Shown here piece by piece: positions 38,791 through 52,739 of a stretch of DNA of 64,000 bases. The DNA is from Lama glama. Lineage: Eukaryota. The notes beneath the pieces are model-generated. The model did no database searches. It was not told the DNA's origin and was given only the letters and a program-made list of their open reading frames with translations. The position numbers and the translations under genes were made by a program. Every line of letters starts with the position of its first letter. Positions within the stretch are counted from its first letter, which is position 1. The stretch covers positions 30,258,001-30,322,000 of the forward strand of contig CM052817.1 in assembly GCA_028534125.1 (NCBI GenBank), given 5' to 3'.

Positions 38791-40069
38791 CTGTGAACCA
38801 GGAAAGTGAAATTGTAGCAGAGTTTGGGGGTACAGTTGAAAATCTATAGATACAAAATAGAAAGTGATTTGCAGGGACAAAACAGAAATATGATTGCAAG
38901 TTCTAGCATCCTAAAATCGGTTACTAGTGTTCAAATTTTTTTTTTTACTATCTTTGACTATTTTTTTAATTGAGATTTGCTATTTTCAAACCTGAAATAT
39001 AGCCATATCACAGGAGAAAAAAATACCTAAACGTTTTTGAAACAATGCCAGCGCCTGAACCAGCACCTGGGTGACGTGAATGATGCACGCAAGGACCACG
39101 GTGTGAGGAGGCGCTCAGTCCTGGGTTTGTGCAAACCCCAAACCTGAAAGTGCAGGATCCTGGGAGTGAGTGCCTCCTTGATCCCTTGAACACTGTCACT
39201 TGTCTCACCCTAGTGCCTCTGCTGATGATCCACTATGCCTTCTTTCCATAGACCTTCGCTTGAAGGAGCACAGGGGGCCTGTCCAGGCTCTCTCAGCTTG
39301 TTAACCATGTTCTCTGTGAACACTCCTCCCTCTGCATACAGATTCCTTTCCCTCTTCATCTCTTGCCAAACCCACAGAACAACACTTCTGTGCTACATAG
39401 TGCTATTTCCTTTCCTCCAATATTTCCTCCGATATTGCTAAATATGACCAAGCCTTTTAGCTGTACTGTGGATTTCTGCTGTCTTCTGTAATGAGACTTG
39501 ATTCCTCTTTTGATTTTCATCACTGTCTGACTGAGCAGGCTAGAGATTACAAATAAGAGGTCTTGGTCTTAATTCAATGCATAGACATTTTTCTTTGCTT
39601 TTATAGTACTTAATTTTTAAGTACTTCCCAACATTCAAATATGGCAATTTTACGTAGAAATTCAGATGCATGAAAACTCAAAAACAAAATCAAAACAAAA
39701 AAGGGAACTCTGGCTAAAGTACATTCTCCCAGCTGCAATAAGCTGGGACTTTCTTACCAATCTACCGAAATGCCTTTCTTACTACTGACATGTATATTCA
39801 CAGAACATATATTCATACGTGTATATATATGTGTGTGTGTATATACATATATACATTCTGTGAATAACAAAGTGAGACACTTAAATAAATTTAAGAAGAT
39901 TTTAAACAAAAGTGAATAGATTTTTTAAAAAGCTTACCAAAGTCTTCAAAACACTACGAATTAAAGGAGATTCGCCATTAAAGACTCAAACTCTAGAACT
40001 GGGATCACTAGGGTCAAATCCCAGCGCCACTATTTCCTATCTCTGTGGCCAAGAGTCAAACCCATAATC

Positions 40070-40954
40070 TTTTCACCAAAGGATTTTTTTCAGCCACATC
40101 CTTGACGTTCTCTCCAGAACATGCCTGCTTTCTAGTGTATTTAAACATGGACAGACTGAGAATTTTCTGAATATTCACATTCTGTTTCCTTTTTGCTTAA
40201 TAATTCCTTCTTCAACTCTCTCCTCTCGCATTTTACCATAAACAGTAAGGCAAACCCAAGCTTGTAGGCTCGACACTTTGCTTAGAAATTTCCTGTTCAG
40301 TATCCCAGTTCATCATAAACAAGCTCTGTTTTCCACAAAACACTAAAATGCAACTCAGCCATGTACTTTGCTACTTTATAACCAGGATCACCTTTTCTCC
40401 AGTTTCCAAAAACATACATTCTTTATTTCCATTTGAGACTTAACAAGAATCACCTTTAAATTTTGGTTTTTCTGCCGACATTCTCTTCAAGACAATTTAG
40501 GCTTTTTCTAACATGCATCTCAAAACCTTGGCCAGTCTTCGACATTTTTAGGTATCTGTTATAGCACCGCCCATTTCTAGATACCAACATTTGTATTAAT
40601 TTGCTACGGCTGCCATAACAAGGCACCACAGGCTTAAACAACAGAAATTTATCTTTTCATAGTTCTAGAGGCTGGAAGTCCAAGATCAAGGTGTCAGCAA
40701 GTTCGATTTCTCCTGACACCTTTCTCCCTGGCTTGCAGATGTCACCTCCTTGCTGTGTCCTCCCATGGCCTCTCTCTCTGTATACACATCCTTGGTGTCT
40801 CTTCCCCTTTCAATAAGGAGGTCTGACTTATTGGATTAGGGCCCCACTCTTATGACCACATAACCTTATTTCCAAAGACAGACACATTCTGAGATGTACT
40901 AGGGGTTAGGCCTTCAACATACAAATTTTAGGGGACACAATTTAGCCCTTAACA
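40070..40954 (-). mobile_element. MLT1A/B LTR (40592-40954) with adjoining internal sequence (about 40070-40591)
   Basis: 'ggctgccataacaa...ttctagaggctggaagtccaagatcaaggtgtcagca...ggggacacaatttagcccttaaca'; internal junction 'ttttaggtatctgttatagcacc...taccaa'. Confidence 0.9.
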
Positions 40955-41344
40955 CTTGATATTCCTTCCATTTAATTCTGTGAGACCCCACAAAAATGAG
41001 ACAACTGTTTATGAACAAATCTACTCACATAATTGTGTCCCACTGTGAGCACTACCATCAATGAGGACCTCGAGAGCCAGACCACCAGTGCCACTGATGC
41101 TGCTGTCTCCACACAGGGCTCTGCTTCCCAGGCCACAGTGGTGCCACCCCAATACCTCCACAACAGATAAAATAATATTTGCCCATGCACAAAACAGTCC
41201 TATGGTCCTCCAGTCCCTACTGAAGACTGAATGCTGATGAATCCTGTGAGATTTAGGAAAATTGGGAAAACTTTTTTTCCATAAGGTTCAGACCCATCCA
41301 CAAGGCTATTCTTAGGTGTACATGTCCCCCCTTCGTCCTGACTC

Positions 41345-41842
41345 TGTGATAGATTAAATATTATTGTCAGTTTTTCACCACCTTACATCTACATTCATCC
41401 CCCCTACTCTACATCGAGATTCACATCCTAGTCGACAGAGTGTGCTTCCCTTCCTGGTGACTTTAGGGTTAGTCACCTGACTTGCCTTGGCCAATGTAAT
41501 ATTGACATAGATGGCAGAGGCAGAAGACTTAAACGACCTTACATGGTTTGGCTTGTCTGTTGTGCTCTAGGAATCTGCCACCAGAAGAGTGTTTTCTAGT
41601 AACTGATGTCTCATCAACCTTGTCCATAGAACAAACCACATGGGGTAGATCTGAAGCCAACTGTAACCTGGAACTGGACTCAGCTTATCCACAGCCTGAA
41701 GTTGACTGTCCAGTGGCGAACCTTAGATCAGTTCAGACTTCATTCAACCTCCTGCCCCATGAGCAGGTGTATTGTTGAAAGTCACTGTGTTTTGGGATTT
41801 TGTTATATGGTGGTATTATTGTTGATAATGGCCAACTGAGAC
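41345..41842 (+). mobile_element. MLT1H-like solo LTR
   Basis: 'tgacttgccttggccaatg...tgtattgttgaaagtcactgtgttttggg...aactgagaca'. Confidence 0.8.
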
Positions 41843-42054
41843 AGGTGCACAAAACTCTTTTCCTTGAGGTCCTTTCCATTATTCATGTAATGTAGTTGAA
41901 GCCAATAGAGAATTAGGGGTACCTGTCCATCAGTTCTTCAGACACACTCAGATTCAGGATTCCAGGGTGGTGGACTTCAAATCACAGTGTGAGCAAAGAA
42001 TGCTACTTCATGTAACTTCACTATTAAAGGTGGGTTTCTTGTTTTTCATAAATT

Positions 42055-42225
42055 CATAGGTCTTATTAGGGCTAGAAGTCACAGTTAAGCTCATACTCAT
42101 AACCCTTCCCAATGGATGAGATATCTGAGGCCCAGAGAGGAAAATTATTTACATGAGGACACATTATAAGACAAGGGCAGTACCAGGACTGGGTCTCTTG
42201 CCTCCTAACCCAGAACTCTTGTTAT
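42055..42225 (-). mobile_element. MIR fragment
   Basis: 'gatgagatatctgaggcccagagagg'. Confidence 0.65.
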
Positions 42226-44191
42226 GACTCTTGTGATTTCCCAGCATTAGGAAAACTATCCCGGGAAACATTTTTGTTGAAAGCTTGCATAATGGCAACA
42301 AGCTTGCTTGGAAATTCCCTGATTAGATCATGTCAATTATCATCTTGTTTTTTATGTCTTTCTTCAAGGTTAATCTTAGATAATTTTTACCCTGATTTTG
42401 ATATGAAACTTAACTGAAAAGTAGTATTTTAGTGAAAGAGAGTAAGATCCATTAAGTATAATGAACTAGATCAAGTACTAAGATCTGCAAAGTGCCTGGG
42501 AACCTCTGAACAGTCATTTACTTAAATCTGTTCAGTCACTCTCCCTACTAAGGAGTCACTGAGAAAGAGGCACTAAAAGGAATCTTATTAATGATACGTG
42601 CTTCCTTTCCAGTGTTGAGATTTTCAATTACTAAGGAAAAAATGTTAGAATTCTGGGGGGAAATATCACTTACATTATTTGAGAAGAAAACCTAACCATA
42701 CTTAAAAGCAAAGTAGGCATCCATGTGACAGAATTACTGGCTGTTATATTGCATTTTTCTACAAATTCTGCAAGTGTGGGCTTAAGTTTGTGGAGAACTG
42801 ATAATGGGCTAGAGAAGTGAAATTGTTAAATATTGTCTTTGTCTCTACAGGCAACATGAAAGTTTCAGTTTTGCTTATCAGATTTTCTTTTTCTCAGCGC
42901 AGGCATGATTGCATTCAATCTCTTCCTTCTTTTCCTGTCTGTCCTTCACGGTGTCAGATTGGCATTGTGATCTGAAACCCCTCTCTTTCTTTTATTCTTC
43001 TTTATTCTTTGTAGGTACCCCTCCACCCCCAAATCTCACACCCTTTTCATTGTATTTTGGCATCAGCTTCCCAGAGAACTCAAAGTGACAATGGACATAG
43101 GGACGATTTTCCTTGTCTGGGACTTCAGCTTCCGGCTAGGCTGGAAAGGCAGTCTCACATCCTGGGACACACATGAAGGGTCAGTACAGCTGCATTCAGC
43201 TCAACTTTGCTGCTACCGATAATCCATGTTGAGTGAGCATGTCACTGCCTCCCTGGGGCTGCTTTCTTTTTTGTTAAGATGAAAGTGTTGACTTAGATGA
43301 TCTTTAATATTTTCCTTTATTCTTTCTACCTTCACTAAGTTGAAAAGGAGAGAAGATACCAAAAATGACTTAAGAATAAACAAAAATAGTCAGGGATTTA
43401 GAAAAGTGAGAGGCAAAGGAGAAAATAGAACCAATGGAAAGGCCCAAGAGAAAAGAATTGTAATCACATATTGGCCATTGCAAATAGTTCTTGGTTTACA
43501 ATCTGATATTTTTCTTATTAACATTTTTGGATCTAGTCTCAATTTAGCTGGCGTAGTTAACAGCACGTGTGCTATCACATTTCTAGGGATTTCAGACTGT
43601 AAAATCCCCCGGGCTACGTCTAAGGTTAAGGCCAGTTTCATATGCTTGTCTTTTCTCTCTATGTGGTCCCCATGGACCTTGACTGCTTTATTTTTTCCTC
43701 TTTAACTGGTGATGCTACACATCCTTTCTCTTGGGGCTCCTTACTTTCCCACATTTGCCTCCTCAGTGGTTTATCCCTTCTCCAGCTCAACGTTTTCTTG
43801 GTATGCTTAAAACAAATACATGCTTTTTTGGTTTTAAAGTTCTTATCTCAAATCCCTCTGGGGAAACAGAAGAACATAATAACAAACAGAGAAATTCAAA
43901 GTTTTAAGAAGTTTATGGAGTTCATAGAGTCATTGCCCCTGGTCTATACTGCCTGTTGCTGTGATATTTATGATACCAGAATGCACTTTAGTCTCCAGTT
44001 TCCATCTTTGGTATTTCACCCAGTATCCATTTCCCTCAGATGCATCTTCTTTAAATTGGAAGACTCTGTTCTCTGCAAGGCACCTTCTTCTTGGTTAAGA
44101 AGCTGAGATCTTGGGCAGAAATACAGAGAGAAAACTTACCTATTCATATGTCCACTGAAATCAAATACGTGCTTGTGTATAAACAGGAAAA

Positions 44192-44741
44192 GTTGGCAGA
44201 TAATATCTTCCAAATGTAACCACCACATCTCCCAACACCCGCGATCTTCCACATTAATAGATAATGTTGCCACTCGACCTTTGAGAAATGGAATCTTTAT
44301 CTTTTCCCCTTGAATCTGAATGAGCTTGTGACTAACTCAATCAATAGAACGTGGCAAGGATGATATGACTTTTAAAACTAGGTCCCAAAAAGTAGTGAAA
44401 TTTTGGCCTTGTCCCTTGGCGCATATTTTATGGCACCTGAGTGGCCATATATGTAATTTCCGACCACCCTGAAGCCATGACTGTGAAGAAGCCCAGGCCA
44501 TACGGAGAGAACTTGTGCAAGTGCTTCAGGTGACAAGCCCAGCTGAGGTCCTGGCTTACATAAAGTTGCCTGCAGACAATTTCAGCACTGAGACATACAG
44601 CTTCAACCTATTGCTGAGAATTTCCCACTCAGGCCTTGTCTGGATTCTTGACATGTAGATTCCAGAAGCATGATAAAATGATTGTTTTTAGATGGTAAGC
44701 ACTGGCATATTTTTTTTAATGAAGACATAATAACCAGAACA
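44192..44741 (+). mobile_element. MLT1F/G/H-like solo LTR
   Basis: 'ccccttgaatctgaatgagcttgtgact...caatagaacgtggc...gaagaagcccaggcc...taaccagaaca'. Confidence 0.8.
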
Positions 44742-46059
44742 TGGTTGGAACCCAATCCCTTCAAATGAGGTGCTCAGAAGTGATTGTCCCTACTCCCTGC
44801 CTAGACCCCTGGTGCTGCTCCCATTTTTTTTTCCAAAGTCAAGTTGTTGGGTTTTTGTCATTTCCTGGACTCCTAATATATCATCTTTATATTTAATTTG
44901 CCGGAGGTTGTTTTCTCTTGCTCGCAACCAACGTGTACAAGTTGATTCTGTATTCCTTTACACTGATTCTATACCAGTGAGATACACCAGCCGGAAGCAT
45001 GCTTCTAGTAATGGAAACAAGAGATCTACCTCCCCCAAACGTCCATACCCTTCAGGTTTTGGACTAAAATTTCTGGCAAGATACATTTTTTTTTCAACTT
45101 TAGATTGCACAGATAGCAAAAGCAAACAAAATGCAGAAAAACTGCATTTAGATGGAGGAAAAGAAGAAAACTATCCAAAAAAAAAAAAAACTAGATTAGA
45201 TATCATTTCTTGCATTTTGAATTCAAGGGTCTTGTCCAAAGTTAATCATTGAAAAGTTCCTAGACATGACTCAGAACCACTGTATCTGTTAGGAATTTCG
45301 TTTTCTAATACAATAAATCTGTAAGTTCCTAAGTTACTTTCTGTATTAACTCCTTTTTAGAAAAACCTCTTGTTGTCCCAGTTAAGTTATTTGATACGTA
45401 CAAATTTAAAACTAGGTATACGTTCATTATACTTATAGCTGCTGTAAAACTATAAAAGTAGAAACATTTTTACATTGAATGCAAAGAAAACTATAGGCCC
45501 AATTAAATTTATGCTGCAAATTATTAACTTAATGTGATAATGTGATAAACTGAGGATGGCACAATATGAAATGATCTATTGAAGTGAGTTTGGTCTTGTT
45601 TCAGTGTGCCAGATGAAAATATAATTCTGCCAAAATACATTTTATACTATAAATACTTTCTGTGATGTAGCATGATGGATGTCATTTTGTGTGAAGGTAT
45701 AATTTGCACATTTTGTCTTTCTCTTTTTTTCTCATGGTTATAAGACTTTATTAATCAATAAAAATTAAGCCAAATTCAAACACAAGCACCCCACTTCTAA
45801 TTAATTTCTCCTCTATATTGTGGTTATCCACTTGAAAACAAATTATTTATCAAACTATGCAATATCAGTTGTCTATATGTCTATGTATATATTACATGTG
45901 TGTAGATATACAAACGATATAGTATAGATGAGCATATATGTGTGTGCATGTATATACACATATATATATATGATATATTTTTGGACCTATCTATAAATAT
46001 TCTTGAGATTTATTTCACAACACATTTAATTCAAAGAAGTTTGGTCATCTCAAATCTTG

Positions 46060-46700
46060 CTTTTAGTCTTTGTGTGGCAGGGCCAGAGAAGCATTTATTT
46101 TAAAGCTAATTTTGCCCCATTACTGAAGCAAAATTTGTCTGAGTCCACTACTCAATGATCCATAAGTTATGAGGTTTTTCTACTCTAACTGCTGGGAAAA
46201 TACACTTTTCCTGGCCCTCAGGAGTTCCTGGTAAAGTTCTCTTTTATTATTTTGGGTGTTTCCTTTTTTCCCAGCCTTAGGCAGTTTCTTCACGTACATG
46301 TCCTGCTCAGTGCTCCAGTGAAGACTCAAGAATCCTGGATCTTCAGCAGATCTCCAGGGCTCTCTCTGTGTGTGTCTCTCCTCGCTACTACTCTGCCTTA
46401 TGAATGCTACCTGCTCCCCATCAAATGAGTAAAACCAAACTTCCAGTCCCAAGTTCTCAATACAGGGAGCCCACTGGCCTCCTCCTGTTTTCCCCTTCCT
46501 CTACTGCAACTGGAAGATTCTCCAGGCATTAACCTGGGACAATTTTAGGTCTCACCACATTCAAGTATCGTTGTCCTTTGTTGCCTGATACACAGTCAGG
46601 AAAATTATTATTTCATATATTTGGTCCAGCTTCTCAGTTGTTTCAAGTAAGAGGGTAAATCCAGTCCCCTGTTATTTTATCCCAGTGGATGGTAGAAGTC
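46060..46700 (-). mobile_element. Old L1 5'-end fragment (L1MC4/L1M4-like)
   Basis: 'gcagatctccagggctctctct', 'gggacaattttaggtctcacc', 'gagggtaaatccagtcccctgtta'. Confidence 0.7.
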
Positions 46701-47448
46701 ACGTAATATTGGTTTTTAGGTGAGATAGGCAGTGTAGCACCGGTGATGTAACATATACTGGTCATCTCCAATACTAAACCTTTGGTATTTGCCTCTCTTG
46801 AATTATTTAAACTCATCAAAGCCAATAACTACAGTTAATTTTATACTAAGATTTTCCTTTAATGTTTTTTGATTATAATCTTTTGACTTAAATGTCTTTC
46901 ACTTCACAATTTTTTAAATATTCGATTAAGTGAAGCTGAATTAAACTCTAGCCTAACCACAAAGATTTTGAATGGTGTTAACATTAGCATATGCTGAAAT
47001 TGGTGAGAACCACATACGGACACAACAGTGTTTAGATACACAGCATACCCAATGTCAATAAATCTCTCTGTCCTTAGAAGTAGACCAGAGTTCACCCACA
47101 AAGACAGAACAATCGACCATTTGGCAATGAATTATACTCAATCCCAGAAATGTTAATTCACATTATTAGGTAGGACTCATAGCATAAATGTATGCATGAT
47201 AAGTGATTTTGCTGAAAACACCATATTCTAACTGCAGAAATGGTTCCACCTTTTCTAGAGAGAAAATCTAGCCAGTAAAATATGCAATGGCTCACTGAAT
47301 GTATTAATAGTATTAACGAAATAAATGAGTATTAACAATAAAATGCCCAATGGCATTTTTACACTTCTTTAAAATGTGAGTTTTATAGTGCAGTGATTCT
47401 ATTAATTGAAGAAAAGCTTCATTTTTAAAGTTTAAATTCTTATAATAC

Positions 47449-48030
47449 TGTTGCCAGAGATTAGGTTCTTGTCTCATTGCAGAAAGAATTCAGAGATGAG
47501 ACATGGAGATCAAAAAAGTAAAGTGAGCATTACTGAGTGATAGACAGTACACTCTCAAGGGGAGAGTGGGCAGGCCCAGGTGAGTTTCTTTGGCAAGTTG
47601 GTTACATGGAGTGTAAAAATAAATGGGTGGAATGTTCACTGGGGAAGGTGGGGTTTGAGGTTGTATTCCCTGATTTTCATCCAGGTCCACCTTCCCAAGG
47701 GGAGGAGAGACTTCTGCCCTTATTTAGTCTGGACGGGAAGTGTCGTGGAGTCAGTGCATGATGGGTACTTCTAATCTGCAAGGCTAATTTTATAGTAATG
47801 AGGGCACAATGAGCAAAAGATTACATTCAGAGGCTGGAGATTCCTGCCTTTTCCCACCTTGCTTTGGACACCTGTCACCTCAAAATGTGTGATTTCTTAT
47901 CCGTCCAAAGGTTCCTGCTTTCCTTTGTCTGCCCAAGGACCCCTGTTGTTCACAAAATGTATGGTTTCCTGCCATTTGGCCCATGCCCCCCTTTCCCTGT
48001 TCATAGGCAGCTCTCTTCCTGCTCTAATGA
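47449..48030 (-). mobile_element. ERV1-class solo LTR; 5' end uncertain
   Basis: Starts 'tgttgccagagattaggttcttgtctc...gaaagaattcaga'; 'cagtacactctcaaggggagagtgggc' resembles antisense ERV1 U5/R. Confidence 0.75.
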
Positions 48031-48469
48031 AGACTTGTTCAAAGACAGTTGAAGTGACTCCATACGATAATATGTTTATACACCTATTACAATATGGGCA
48101 CTAACTTGGTTGAGAACAGCATGAAAATTAAAAATATGTATTAAATATTAATAATCTGTTTCTAGATTTTCATATTATTGCTTTCATTTTCAAAGTGACA
48201 GAATCTTCCATCGCTTCCCTGGATACTTTTCCTTGATAGTGATGATTACCTTATAATTGTTCTTTTGGTTCAATGTCTAAAATTGGGGAAGGATAAAACA
48301 TCTTCAATTCTAATGATTTTTTTTTAAATAAGGAGCTTGTTTACTTTAGGAGAAGCTATCTTTTAAACATCTTCTGAGTTTTAATTGTATAATGTTGGCC
48401 ATCTTATATTACCATAAAATGTGAATTACCTTTGACCTAGAAATATTATTTCCAAGAGTAAATCCAAAT

Positions 48470-48705
48470 AATAAGAGCTATCATTTATTAACAATATATA
48501 TCAGGTACTTTTGCAAGTGGTTTCTTCTATTTAGTATTCACCACAATCCCATGAGGTCAATTCTATTACTTGGACATTCAGGAGAAAACTGAGACATGGA
48601 AGGGCTAAATGACCAGACAAAACTCACGTACTGAGCAAGTGGTGGAGAAGAGGTTCAGTTACAGGAAAACTAAGACCAAAACTCAAATACTTAACAATAT
48701 ACTAT
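48470..48705 (-). mobile_element. MIR SINE
   Basis: 'taataagagctatcatttattaac...cacaatcccatgaggt...gagaaaactgagacatggaagggctaaatgacc'. Confidence 0.8.
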
Positions 48706-49569
48706 GTTCCCTTACAAAGGATATAATCAGACAGACAGGTAAATTAAAATATGGAGAGGATAGACACATAAACAGACGGAGAGATCGATTAAACTAGAAG
48801 TGTGTAGATGCTTGTTGCTGTGTTGTTTATAGTAATCCAAAATTGGGAAAAACAGTCTCACTACAGAGGCTTAGTTAAATATATTATACTATTCTCATCA
48901 AAGGCCCACTGTGCAATCAATAAAAATGATGATAAAACAAGATAGATTTGTTGACATATATCCTTCACATATTTCTATAAGAAAAATTTAAAATTACAAA
49001 CAGTTCACATCGTGTTAATTTATTTTTGTAAATATGTGCCAAAAAAATTAAGGAGCCCTAGAGTCCCAGAAGCTGTTTGCCAAACAACTCACCAGAACTC
49101 TCGAGATTTCTAGTTGTCCAGGTGGAAAGATCATCTATTTTCTTAGTCTTTTGTTAAATTTCATTCTCTTCAATAACGATGAGTAACTATGGAGAAAAAA
49201 AACTTCAAAAACTCCCATTACCAATTTTCTTAAAATAATTAAAACAAAAATACTGAATTTCAGTATTTTTGAGATATGGTAAAATTTATATTCAGAAGAT
49301 GATTCTATCTTATACACTTTTTGAAGAAATTAAATAAGACTTCAACACCAGATGTTAGAGGACAAAATAATTTTTCAGAAAAAATGAGGGGAGAAAATTA
49401 CGAACGTGAAATGGGAAAACAATACATTTGAAAACAACATAAAAATAGCAAACAAAAAGTATTGAATGTAGTAGTCTTAAAAGATAAACATAAACTTGGT
49501 TTAAAAAGGAAAATACCACAACAAAATATTAGGAATTTGAAGGAAAATGTAAAAAAAAAGAGTTATACG

Positions 49570-49765
49570 GTAGGGTGGTTAAGTGTAAACATGGGTGCCA
49601 ATTATGTAGGTTTGCATTTAGTTTCAATATATACGAAGAATGTGACTTGAGGTAATTTACTTAATCTATTTTTCCTTCATATATTTAATAAGAATAATAA
49701 TAATACCTCCCTGATGAGATTATTTTGAGGATAATATGAGAAAACATAAATAATGCTATCGTGTA
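49570..49765 (+). mobile_element. MIR SINE
   Basis: 'gtggttaagtgtaaac...tgtgacttgaggtaatttacttaatc...ataataatacctccc'. Confidence 0.75.
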
Positions 49766-49989
49766 TGCAAACAACTTGGCAAACCTTGATGAAATAATTG
49801 ATTTTCTGGAAGTAAAATTGATTCAAGAGGCAGAAGAAAATATTAAGAAGCAGATAATCTAGTTTTTAAAGATCAGTCTACTCCTCACCTTCTTGAAAAC
49901 TCTTTCCTTAGCGTCTTGCCCACATGATCTCTCTCTTCTGTCTCTGAATCTTAATTTAAGCTTTATTTTTAAACTACTCTTTTAATAGT

Positions 49990-50484
49990 TATGGTAGGCA
50001 GAATAACAGCCCTCAAATATGTCCACAAACTAATCCTTGAGAACTGTGACCATGTTACCATACATAGCAAACGGGACTTTGCAATGATAATACCGGTTAA
50101 GAACATTGAGATAGATTATCATGGATTATCCAAGTGAGCCCCATCTTACCACATAAGTCCTCAAAAGTGAAGACCCTTTTTCTTCTGATGTCAGATGGAG
50201 ATGCACTTACCAGGGGGGAAGAGTCAGGGAGAAACGCCGCTAATTTTGAAGACAGAGTAATGGAGCTCCCAGCAGCTATTTGAATATAAACAGCTTTGGA
50301 AGCTGAAAACAAGCAAGGAAATGAATTCTACCCTACAGCTTCCTGAAAGGAATGCAGCCCTGGAGATATCTTTATTTTAGCCTGGCAAGACTTCAAAGCT
50401 TCAGGACTGTAAGATAATGAATTAGTGTTGTTTTAAGCCGTTGTTGGTGATAATTTGTCACAGCAGCAATAGAAAACAAATACA
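49990..50484 (+). mobile_element. MLT1D solo LTR
   Basis: 'tggtaggcagaataacagcc...ttttgaagacagag...gaaaggaatgcagccctg...cagcagcaatagaaaacaaataca'. Confidence 0.9.
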
Positions 50485-52739
50485 GTACTATACTGTGATG
50501 CTCAATTGAAGAACATGTGCAAGAGTTTTGCCTCCTGGCTGATACAGGCTCTCGGAAGTCAGGCAGAGCATCCGATATCCAATGACCCAGAGCATCTAGC
50601 ATGTTGCTTTGCACATAGTTGGAAGGTTCAGTATTTACCTGATTGATCCACTGCACCTCTTCCAGTATCAAACTCTACCCTCTCTCTTCCTTCTCTCTAT
50701 ATCCAATGAGCCTCAAGTAGTCAGTGGGAAGAGTCATTCAGGTTCATATTGGATAAATACAGTCAAGTTTTTAGTAATGGGACTTGAGAATTAGCACATG
50801 CATCGGAAAGGCAGGGTCCCAGAGTCCTTTCTGAAATAGCTTCCCTTCAGACAGGCTCTGCCACCTGAAGTATTAATACAACAACCATCTTTTTTCCTAA
50901 TCACAAGCATTTCCCCCTAATAACCCATGATTACTCTAGCTGCTTGCTTTAATTACCACATAGACACTACGCGCCACAAAGAGACAAGAGGCATTGCACA
51001 TAAACTACATCATTTCCTTCAGAGAAAGGCAGGGCTGACTGTTGTCAGACAGCCAGTGTTAGATATCGTACTGGCTGGGCTCAAAAGATGGACTATTGAT
51101 AGAAAAACAAATCACATATATTTTGAACAGGAAATGTAAGTGGCAAATAGAGGCAATAGTCATAGAGCTTTATGGTGCCTTTATATTTATTTCAAAAAAG
51201 GTTTGACATTAACATTATGTATATTTGAATAGAATGATCACTATTGTAAAATCTTTTAAACGTTTTAAAATTACTTTTCAAGCTGCTTTTAAGTAAGAAA
51301 ACAATTTGAAGGTAGTTATAATGTTACCTAGTATTGACTGTGAAAGGTAATTTTGAAGTTCCTTTGTCCAAACATTCAGTTCATTCAGGAATTCATTCTT
51401 TAATATCTTGATCCATTGACTTGTTATTTGTTATTTGCCTTTTTAGTTTCACAAAAATTCCAAAAATTTGGAAATATGAACACTCCTTAGTAGTTCAGAC
51501 TGTGAACATAGGAACTGAGGAAGTTCAGAAAACAATCACTGTTTTTTCACTTTCAAGAAATTGTATTAGAAAATGTAGGGAGGGAGTGCGTAGTAACTAG
51601 ACACAAACTTAAAGTTACAGAAGGACTGGGGAAGGTGTAAGACACTTGAGAATATTACAGTAGTCGGGAGAGTCTGAGGTCCTTCTCTGTCACTTATCCT
51701 CCCTTAGTTATGAAGTTAGAATAAAATTTAACAATGGAAGTGAGATAACTTTATAAATATAATTCATCTAAATAGGAGTCATTTCTCCAAGATCTTTTCT
51801 CAGTTGTCAGTGTATAAGATTTACCTTTCTTCAAGTCATATTGATTTATAGTCAATACTTAATTTATTTCTGAATGATCAAAAATACTTTGCAGAAGTTA
51901 TGCTGAGTCTGCATTTCTTATTAAAGGAACATAATTTTAAATTTGGCATTTAGAAATCCTATGTGTGATTTTTCAAGAGCTTTTCTGGAAAATAATCAGT
52001 GAAAATAAACCTTTATCCTTTTTTTCAGTTTTTAACTGTTTTATAGACCTACTACATTTGTGAAAGAAGAGATTTCCATTTTAAAATAATCTATACAATT
52101 TTAAGTTGATGACAAGAGTTATAGTAAATTCAAGGCATTCAGAACATTAGCCACCTTAAAAATGATCAAAACTTTATCAAAATGTTGTGGTAAAGGTGAA
52201 CCCACTAGGTCATTCACTAAGGAAAATGAACAAATTTGGAGCAAAAAATAATCTGTTTGGTAAACCAAAGAGCTCCCATGGTGGAGACGAACTGCAAGGC
52301 TAGGATCTAGGACAGGAGGAAAAGAGGGACCATGGATATAAATCCAGACTGTGGGGCCATGTACCCCTCCAGGGCAAGTGACAATTCTGGAGAGATTCCT
52401 GAGAGCCTGAGAAGCCAAGCAGAGCGTTTGACAGGTTCATGCACATTAAGGACAAAAATTGGAATCGAGAGCCCACAGGATGGGAGGCTGTGGTAAACAC
52501 TCCAGGTTTTAGTTCAGGATCCAAAAGGACTACATTTTAGGAATGAGAGAGAAAAGGAAATAGACCTTCTGACATTAAAAAGGAAACTTGAAAGAATGTA
52601 GAAGAAAACTACTAATGATAAGATAAACTAATAAAATAGAAAATAAAGATACATTGGAGATGGATTTACAGTGCCAAGATCCGACAAACACAATGTTGAG
52701 CAACAGCAGCCACAGCCCAAATAGAACCTAAGGGATGAT

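Noticed and set aside
43390..43641. 'LDVARG' kinase-like motif in a minus-strand ORF
   Set aside because: No following YLH/HRD motifs or supporting splice sites; chance match
43642..44106. 154-aa hydrophobic ORF
   Set aside because: Leu/Phe/Ser bias reflects T-rich DNA; no recognisable family
44770..45252. Longest gap-free ORF (160 aa)
   Set aside because: GTG start, crosses a poly-A run, no recognisable domain or exon boundaries
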